From: Octopus sinensis
Lineage: Eukaryota
Length of the DNA stretch: 64,000 nt
Reading direction: 5' to 3'
Assembly: GCF_006345805.1 (NCBI RefSeq)
Contig: NW_021834793.1
Span: 6,348-70,347, forward strand
The translations under genes were made by a program, and so were the position numbers. Positions within the stretch are counted from its first letter, which is position 1; each line of letters begins with the position of its first letter. Below, piece after piece: positions 55,366 to 64,000 of the stretch. The notes beneath the pieces were generated by a model that saw only the letters and a list, made by a program, of their open reading frames with translations, ran no database searches and was not told where the DNA came from.

Positions 55366-57479
55366 AGTTAAATGGTAAATATCTTTATTTTTCATTCCCT
55401 TCAGTATTTTATCTCGAATAGTGGTTCGGAATTTAACTGTCCTCTCTAGTGTGCAGGTAGTCCTATGATGGCTACCTCTTATGTGTTTAAATGTACACTG
55501 TATATATATATATATAAGCTCCAATTTGATATTGGAGCCCAATGCAGCCCTCTGGTTTGTCTGATCCTGTCAAACCATCCAACCCATACCAGTATGGAAA
55601 CAGATACTAAAAGATGATGATGACTGGGTCTTTGATTTCAGTTGTAAGCTGATTTCAGGCAAATTGATCCTTTTAATTCCACGCTGGGAACTTAATTGCC
55701 TTGTAAGTCATAAGGGAAGTAAAGAGAGCAAAATATGTGATAGGTCTTGTGTGTGAGGTGTTAGTTGTTTTAACTGACACCTCTCATGCTATGTTTGTTT
55801 AATCATTAATGAAGAAAGATAATTTTAAATCTTAATTGTTATATGTTGGTGTCTTTAGGACTGGAGTATTTTAAAACTATTTTATGTTGCAGATGTAAAC
55901 CCCTTATTTACTATACAGAATGTCTCTCTTTATGACTGGTGATGAGCACACACATCCTTGAATATATATTCTAAGCCCAACAGGTTTTTAAAGACTGCTA
56001 ATTATTGTTTAGCTCCTGATGAGCCCTGACCGAGCAGATCTATGATCAAAAGGCATTCCAGTCACGACCATCCTGTGGTTTCTTACTTGTGTGCTGGGAA
56101 CCCAGAAGCTACATTTCTGAATGACCTTTTCTAAGGAGATTTGGCCGTTATTTCTATTACATCAAGCAACCTCATAGTTTCCCTGGTGTTATGGTGTACA
56201 GTAGGTGGAAGACAAATGTCACTACAAGTAGGGTGTTTGTCTAACACTGGTAATAATTTCAGATGACCTGATACCTTTGCCTAACAGCCAGGTGAACTGA
56301 GGAAACTGTACACCAGTAGATATATATGGGGTGTGTGTGTCTCCTTGTCATGACATTGTGTGGTAATTGTAAATGAATGTCACTAAGACAAGTGACATTC
56401 TTTGTTTCCAATCTTGTGTGAAGACATATCCAGCAATGAAGAACTATTAACTAATTTGGAAACTGGTGAGGTTTGGCAACAGGAAGGGCATCCGGCTGTG
56501 GAAAATCTGCCTCAATAAAATTATCTGACCCATGAGGGATGGAAAAGTAAAAGTAAAAGTCAAAGCAATAATAATGATGATGTGGTGATTGGTGAGCTAC
56601 TGACTGATTTGTTAAGTCACCATTTAAAACTTCAATTTCTTATTGAGACTGTTGTATAATTTACATGAACCATGTAAGACCCTCTATGCAGTTGTTTGCC
56701 TTGCTAGAAACAAACAGCCAACTCTTCCTCAAACCACATCCTACTCTCTTAAAAAGAGAGGCATTGGCTGGTGTAGCTGAAGGTTCACTCTTCCCACAAA
56801 TAAGATTAACAATAACAATCATTTACTTGTTGTATATAACCATGGTTGAGTTATAGCTCTGAGTTATAGCTGTCGACATTATCATCTGTTTTCCATGCTG
56901 GCATGGTTTGGAGGTTTGACAGGAGCTAACAAACCAGAGGACCGCATCACGCTCCAATGTCTGCTTTAGTTTGACTTCTATGGTTGGATGCCCATCCTAA
57001 CACCTGCCATTTTACAGAGTGTACTGGGTGCTTTTTAAATGGTACCAGCACTAATGAAATTACTAAATAACTCACAAGACATTACTCCTCAACTGAGGGC
57101 TGGGGAGTGGTAGCTTTATGCCAGGTGATGAGAGATTAAAGTATGATAGAGGGATAGGAACATATGTCAAGCAACAAATGTCATGGTTACTCCAGTTGGA
57201 AGAAGAGGAGGATGGTGTGAGGGTGTGTCAGAGCATACCTTCAAGTTAGTGGAAGGTGAATAAATAAAGAGAGTGGTATGAGTGAGTATGCAAGTTTGTG
57301 GGAGTGTGAGAGGCAAGTAGTAAAGGGATAGAGAGAAATGTAGTAATTGGTCAGTCATGAATATCAGTTGGAGGAGGTAGGTGTGGGTTGGTGGGGGTAA
57401 TAGGTGAGGATGTAGTTAATTTGGCTTGTGTGAGCATCAGATTGATAGGTGATCAGAGGATTGGCTGGTTAGTGTTGCA

Positions 57480-57990
57480 GATCATCAGGTAGTTTCATCA
57501 CAAAACTGTAGCTTTGTTCTGTCCTCATCTCTGGTACCAAAACTATAACCTCCATCACACCATGCTGCCCAACATGTCCATTGAAGTAATCAGCCATGAA
57601 AATAAGGTCACTAATGTTCATCATTGAGGTAATCTGAAAAAGGGTATCATAAAATCAATCTTTTGTTTATCTGACAGTCCTACTTTTTTGGAAGCACAGG
57701 CAAAGATAATAAGTTGATGATGTATTTTCCAAGACTAGTCTAGGCATAGTTATCCAATCACACACTCTGACTACCTCAATCACTTTATTCACCCAGTTCT
57801 CAGCTAAAATTATCCCCGTGTCCTCCTTACAATCACTATTGCCTTTCCAACAGAATTATATCTGTTCTTTGCCTGTGAAGTATCTGGCTGAGGTCCCCTT
57901 TATCTTCTTGCATGCAGCACACATCTACATTCCTCCATTCTCACATTCCAACAATCTCACCAAACCTACCTTGGAATGTGCTTCCATTGA
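57480..57990 (-). mobile_element. Degenerate RTE endonuclease fragment
   Basis: Recognisably similar to 11380-11830 (aagggtatcataaaa, gactagtct, ctttccaacagaa, atgcagcacacatc). Confidence 0.6.
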
Positions 57991-58528
57991 CTGTGCCTAC
58001 TCTAAGGATGTGGGCAGGGTGGAAAGAGTAAGTAGGGACCCAGAGAACAGCATTCAGCATCTGGTAAGAGGATTTGCAAGGATGCCTGCAGGCATATCAG
58101 TTATGCAAATCAAAAATACTGTTCGTCTTAGTCACATTTGCCCAGATCCGCATACACTTAATGCAAAGCCAACTAGTTAAAGAAAGGTTAGAGGTAAAAA
58201 TATTCAACATTGCAATCATATAAATGAATTGTCAGTTTTAGTGATACTGTTAGTTATGGTTCCTAAGCTGTGGCTCGGAGGACTGGGACATTTGAGAGTT
58301 ATATATCATAACCTTAGATACCTTGTAATGGTAGTAACTGTATATAAATTCCCAACCTCTTAGTTTTCTAAAGACCCTCTTGAATTAGCCATTCATGCTA
58401 TCAAAACTAGATATATTCACATACAAAATGTATAAAAAACCTTATTTACATGACTGAATATATAATACTTTGAAAAACATTTCATACAGAAAAAAAAACT
58501 CTAATTCTTGCTTTTAATTTCTTTTCAA

Positions 58529-58891
58529 CCCTTTTGTTACCATATTTCTTTTGAAAGACATTGCTTTATTTCAGTTAATTTTGAAAATAATCAAGAATTT
58601 AGTTGAATAAGTTTGTCATTATTAAGCTGATGTTTGTAACATAAATTAACATAAAATCTTGATGGAAGGTTTTAATTTATATAACTTAAACTCTCTTGTT
58701 ATCATATTTCATTGTTTCAATGAATTTTGAAAATAATGATGAATTTAATAAAATAATTTTGTCATTATTAAGACAGTGCTTGAAATATGAATTAACATGA
58801 AATTTTAATGGAATAATTTTATTTATATTACTTTAATACAGGAAATCTGCACCATAGAACCAGATACATTTTCAGTATAGTATCAAAAGGG
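58529..58891. mobile_element. piggyBac-type MITE just upstream of the last acceptor
   Basis: tcaa|cccttttgttac ... gtatcaaaaggg|ttaa; internal ~110-bp duplication. Confidence 0.7.
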
Positions 58892-58929
58892 TTAAATCTA
58901 TCTAAAATATTTGTTCTTTTTTTTTGCAG

Positions 58930-58986
58930 CGCACAATTCCACGAGAAAGTTACATCAAGGAAATCAAAAAAACACTGAAAGCTTAA
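58930..58986 (+). CDS. HARS1: HisRS terminal coding exon
   Basis: T-rich tract + gcag|RTIPRESYIKEIKKTLKA-TAA; resembles the HisRS C-terminal helix; followed by AATAAA. Confidence 0.85.
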   Translation, partial: RTIPRESYIKEIKKTLKA

Positions 58987-59047
58987 ATTGAATAATTTAA
59001 TTCTAGTTTGCTGCAAGATGTTTTGGGCCAATTTTGTTTGCTTTACC

Positions 59048-59053
59048 AATAAA
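59048..59053 (+). promoter_or_regulatory. Candidate polyadenylation signal of the HisRS gene
   Basis: AATAAA 62 nt after the stop codon; further AATAAA hexamers occur downstream. Confidence 0.5.
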
Positions 59054-60178
59054 TGAAACCATTTGTAAACCTGCTTTTGCTTCTTACTACCCCATTCCCT
59101 AGGTAATAGCTAACATAGCATTATATATTTGTAAATGAGAATTTAAAAGAAACAATGACAAGTCATGCATTACATGCTGACCATTACAATAAGCAAAGAT
59201 CTTCATATATGCACATTAATTATAAATTATGTTGATGATGCTGGTTTTTTTATTACTTTTCATAAATAATTCAGGTGATTTTTGTGAACATTTAAGTAAA
59301 AAAATTTAAGGAAATTATTTCAGCTCCCTTAATTTAGAAAGGCATTCCATCTTGCTTAATTGAAAACTTCCCCAAGAATTTTAAATAAAAATTAGTTCTT
59401 GGAATTTCTTACTTTTTTTTTTACTTTCAAAGTACTTTTTAATTAATAATTCGTGAGACAAGAAACAAGATCTAACAGTGAAAACTGCTTCAAATCACAT
59501 TGTGTTATCTTAAAAAAGATGGGTTTGCCAAATAACTTGCAGGACAAGAAAGGCCAAGAAAAGGAAAAAAAAAACAAGAGAAAAGGGAAAGGCCCTCTCA
59601 ACTAAGTGATGGAGGTATTTGAGAGGGTGGTGAGGTGATTTTTATGCCAGGGACCAGCAGATACATGGCTACCTGACATTTATATATGAGTAGGTGGGAG
59701 TATCTAGGAAAAGGGTAAGATGGTAGTGATTGAGTGCCAGAGCAAAACCTTCAAAAAGCAAGAGATGATACAGGCAGTAGATCAAGAGGGGAAGTCAATG
59801 ACAGGAGAGTACAAAATGGCTAGAGATGGGGATAGAAGTGAATGTAACAAGTGATGAACAGAGGTGCAGCTTAAGGGAAAATATCAGTTGGTGGGGGAAT
59901 GACATAATAATAATTGCATGGAAGGTGTTTATAAGCCATTTAAAAGCACACAAAAACCATTAGATTCCGTACTGCATGGAATTTTTGTCAGTGAACAGGT
60001 CACAGTCTCAAAGTGGCGAAAATATTTTGGCAAATTAAATTTAAATATTGAAGTGAATCTAATGATTTTTGTGTGTTTTTAAATGGCTTATAAGCACTTT
60101 CCACACGGAAATTATTTGTTTCAGCACATGACCTCAGGTCAGGTCACTTGCTGTGCAAATACATCTCTGTAATATATA

Positions 60179-60575
60179 TCTATTATATAAAATCCGTTCT
60201 GTCTGTGTGTGTGTGTGTCTTCTAGGATCTCAGGCATCCTTCATCCGATTGCGCTCAAATTTGATATGTAGATACCGACGGTATCAGGGCATGTATAAAT
60301 CTTGAAAAAATTACACAAATCGATTCCAGGAGAGAATGCAATCGATAAGGCCATGGGAACATGCATTTGTACGTGCAAGTACGTCAGCTGTTGCAATCGA
60401 CACTAAACATACACAAGAAAAATGCACGTGCAGTTTGCACAAAAAAGCAGCTGGCTTGAAATAATGCCACAAAATGCAGTATATTTAAGAGACCCAAAAG
60501 GTAAAGTGCTATGAAAATAAAATACTGCTTTTTATTCAGCACCGTCCATTAAAGGGGGGGGGGGCGTTTTGCTCG
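60179..60575 (+). mobile_element. Probable non-autonomous Helitron
   Basis: 5' TCTATTATATAAAA + gtctgtgtgt microsatellite + ccgatt...aaatttg block; 3' GC-rich stretch then CTCG|T (CTAG-like). Confidence 0.55.
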
Positions 60576-60657
60576 TATATACATATATATATATATATGT
60601 GCTAGCGCGGAAAACGGACGTTAAATGATGATGATGATGATGATGATGATGATATAT

Positions 60658-60750
60658 GTTTTCTTCACGTGAATAAAGAGTGTGAAAAATTCTAGATTAA
60701 ACTTTACTCTTTATTCACCTAAAGAAAACCATGTTTTTTGCATGATGTAA

Positions 60751-60789
<39 letters not shown>

Positions 60790-60894
60790 TTTCTTCAGGT
60801 GAATAAAGAGTGAATGGTCTATTTTCTGAGAAATTCTAGATTAAACTTTACTCTTTATTCACATGAAGAAAACCATGCTTTTTGCATAATGTAA
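60658..60894. repeat. Two tandem fold-back units
   Basis: ttttcttca(c/g)gtgaataaagagt ... actctttattcac(c/a)t(a/g)aagaaaa occurs twice, separated by (TA)n. Confidence 0.75.
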
Positions 60895-60896
60895 CA

Positions 60897-60907
60897 TATA
60901 ATATATG

Positions 60908-60962
<55 letters not shown>

Positions 60963-60993
60963 GTATATATATTATATGTATATAATATATATG

Positions 60994-61060
<67 letters not shown>

Positions 61061-61256
61061 GTATAATATATATATATATGGTATATATATATATGTAGAT
61101 ATATATGTATATATATATATATGGTATATATATATATGTATATATATATCTATATATATATCTAATATATTATGTATTATATGTATATATATGTATATAT
61201 TATATATATGTATATATATATATGTATATATATATATGTTAATATATATATATATG

Positions 61257-61305
<49 letters not shown>

Positions 61306-61466
61306 GTATTATATATATTATATATATATATATGTATATATACATATATATATATACATATATATATATATGTATATAGTTTTGTATATATGTATATGTA
61401 ATATATATAGTATATATGTTATGTATATTGTATTATATATATGTATATATATATCCTAGATATATG

Positions 61467-61499
<33 letters not shown>

Positions 61500-61950
61500 G
61501 TATATATATATATGTATATATATGTATATATATGTATATATATATGTTATATATATATATGTATATATATATTATGTATATATATATGGATATATATATT
61601 ATGTATCTATTTATGTATATAATATATGTATAATATATATATATGTATATATATATTATGTATATATATATGTATAGTATATATATCTATATATATATAT
61701 GTATATATATGTATATATATGTATAATATTAATATATATATATATATATATATAATATATATATATTATATGTATATATATATATGTATATGTGCCCCAG
61801 CATGGCCACAGCTCATAAGCTGAACTGGAAAAATCAAAATCAAAATCATATATATGTAATATTATATATTATGTATAATATATATATATATATATTATGT
61901 ATATGTATATGTATATATGTATATGTATATATATATAGTGTGTATATTAT

Positions 61951-61991
<41 letters not shown>
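60897..61991. repeat. Degenerate (TA)n/(TATG)n microsatellite array
   Basis: Direct reading; similar arrays at 282-520, 3224-3702, 8958-9463, 10116-10361, 22390-22571, 26453-26724. Confidence 0.95.
61792..61848 (+). mobile_element. Isolated 3' terminus of the CR1/L2-group LINE
   Basis: gtgccccagcatggcc shared with 6485-6500, then a stem-loop and (AAAATC)n tail. Confidence 0.75.
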
Positions 61992-61994
<3 letters not shown>

Positions 61995-64000
61995 TACAAA
62001 AATTTCAAATATCCCTAAACAAACAAATTGAAAGCAGTGAAAAGTCCCGCCTGAAAATAAAACTGTTGGAAATTGAAAATTGTCTGCAACTCTCCCATGA
62101 GAAGGAAAGAGCAGACAAAGAAGCCTGGGCTATAGACAACATAAAAACTAACCCCAGAGCTTTCTACAGGTATGCCAAAGAAACAGCTACGGTGCACTGT
62201 AGGATAGGGCCACTCCTTGAAAAGGATGGCACACTCACAGGAAAACCATGAGGGTAAGTGAAATACTGATGAACAATTCAAGAGTGTTTTCACTCCACCC
62301 TTGGGCATTTCCAAATCAGCAATCCAACTGACTTCTTTACCACTGCAGATATAGAATCAGAGCGGCGACGATAAATTACATCGATATAAAGGAAGACGAT
62401 GTAATAAAGGCTATAGATGAAATGAAACAACTCAGCTATTGGCCCGATGGATTCCCGCAATCCTCCTAAAGTATGTAAGAGAGTCTTAGCAAGACCACTG
62501 CAGTTCCTCTTTCAGAGCTTCCTTGCAGCTGGCAAACTTCCAAGAAAACTGAAGGAAGAAAATATGCCCTATTCATAAAGGAGGTAGCAAGCGAAGGCCA
62601 AGAACTACAGACCTATCTCTCTGACCTCACACCATCACAACTGGGGTCATGGAACGAATAGTCAGAAGGAAACTAATCACCTTCCTTGAAGAAAATACTT
62701 GCTTGCCTGACACCCAACATGGTTCCGACCAGGAAGAAGCTGCTTAACTCAGCTCCTGCAGCACTATGACTGGGTGCTGAAACATGCTCAAAACCACTCA
62801 AATGTGGAGTCATATATCTCGACTTCGTAAAGGCCTTCGATAAAGTCGATCATGGAATGATATGTCACACTGCGTGATCTTGGCATAGTTGGAAAACTAG
62901 GAGAATGCTTTCACGACTTTCTGAAGAATAGAAGTCAGGTGGTAGTAGCCAATGGGGCCACTTCCATTAGCACGCAAATAGTGAGCGGTGTTCCACAGGG
63001 CACTGTTTTGGGACCACTACTGTTCATAATGGCCCTCTTCAGACATGCCTCAGGCCGCGGAGAGCCACGATCACAAGTTATGCAGATGATACAAAAGTTT
63101 ACAGGCAATACAGAACCCTGAAGACACTAAGCACCTGCAATAAGCTGGACGAAATATACAAGTGGGCTGAAAAGAATAGCATGCAGTTCAATGCTGAAAA
63201 GTTTCAAGCTATATACTATCAGCATGCAAAAATGAATGCAATACCAAGGAATACACTGGACCCGGAGGGATTGCAATCCCAGAGCACAATCAGTGCGTGA
63301 CCTGGGTATTCACATGAGTGATGACGCGACCTTTCATGTACATGTTGCTAAACTGACAATGAAATGCAGACGGCTGGCTGGATGGATTCTTAGAACCTTT
63401 AGAACAAGAGAACAAGAAACCATGATGGTCCTCTGGAAGCACCTTGTCCTAAGCCACTTTGACTATTGCTCTCAGCTATGGTCACCATCCAGTGTCAAGT
63501 TGATCACAGAATCTTGAGGCGATCCAACGAAGCTACACGAAGAAGATAGCCTCTATGCAGAATGTAAGCTACTGGGAAGACTCAAGAGATTAAAATTATA
63601 TTCCCTGGAGCGTAGGCGTAAAGATATGCCATATATACATCTGGAAGATCCTGGAGGGAAGTGTCCTGAACTTTGGCATCGAGAGTTACGCAAATGCCAG
63701 AACTGGGCGCCACTGCGTGTGTGCCTAGGACTCCAACTTGCCATCAAGATGTAGGACAAGATTGTGTGATAGCCTGGGCTTCCGAGGCCACAGCTCTTCA
63801 ATATCCTCCCGAAGAACCTGAGAGACCTGCATGGGGTGGATACAGATGTCTTTAAAATGGAGCTGGATCTCTTCTGTCAGGTGTCCCAGATGACCAACTT
63901 CATGGCAGGAGGGGCAATGAGGGCAGCTGCATCGAACTCTCTGATGCACCAAATAGCAGTTGCTATAAAGCCTCCTGAAGTTGAAACCAAGTAGCAACAC
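61992..64000 (+). mobile_element. Second CR1/L2-group LINE copy, many frameshifts, runs off window
   Basis: NIKTNPRAFY, SGVPQGTVLGPLLF, WILRTFRTR, DYCSQLWSP; colinear with 4480-6450; starts in (TA)n. Confidence 0.9.

Noticed and set aside
56017-56070. CTGATGAG in the last intron as a hammerhead
   Set aside because: No downstream GAAA with pairable helices; it resembles a common repeat also seen near 47640

Overview
Eukaryotic, repeat-saturated genomic DNA; the (TA)n-rich arrays, (GAT)n-tailed RTE tails and Deu/Nin-type SINEs suggest a cephalopod, probably Octopus (inference). The only host gene is a + strand histidyl-tRNA synthetase (HARS1-like). I traced 13 coding exons from 18936 to the stop at 58986 (1437 nt, 478 aa); the first exon was not found and probably lies upstream. 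The gene has one U12-type intron (29873-30323), one GC-AG intron (37102-39460) and one intron that, as I recall the human structure, HARS1 lacks. The rest is nested mobile DNA: RTE LINEs with a PHD finger inside the RT, a CR1/L2-group LINE in (TA)n, Penelope-like elements, mariner, a Gypsy integrase with LTR, piggyBac derivatives, a probable Helitron and SINEs. The most notable unannotated signal is at least six sequence-unrelated type I hammerhead ribozyme motifs, plus degenerate ones, including a U3-A8 core variant. Several sit in ORF-less 'inverted + partial tandem' cassettes embedded in (TA)n. All structures were derived by eye; no searches were run.
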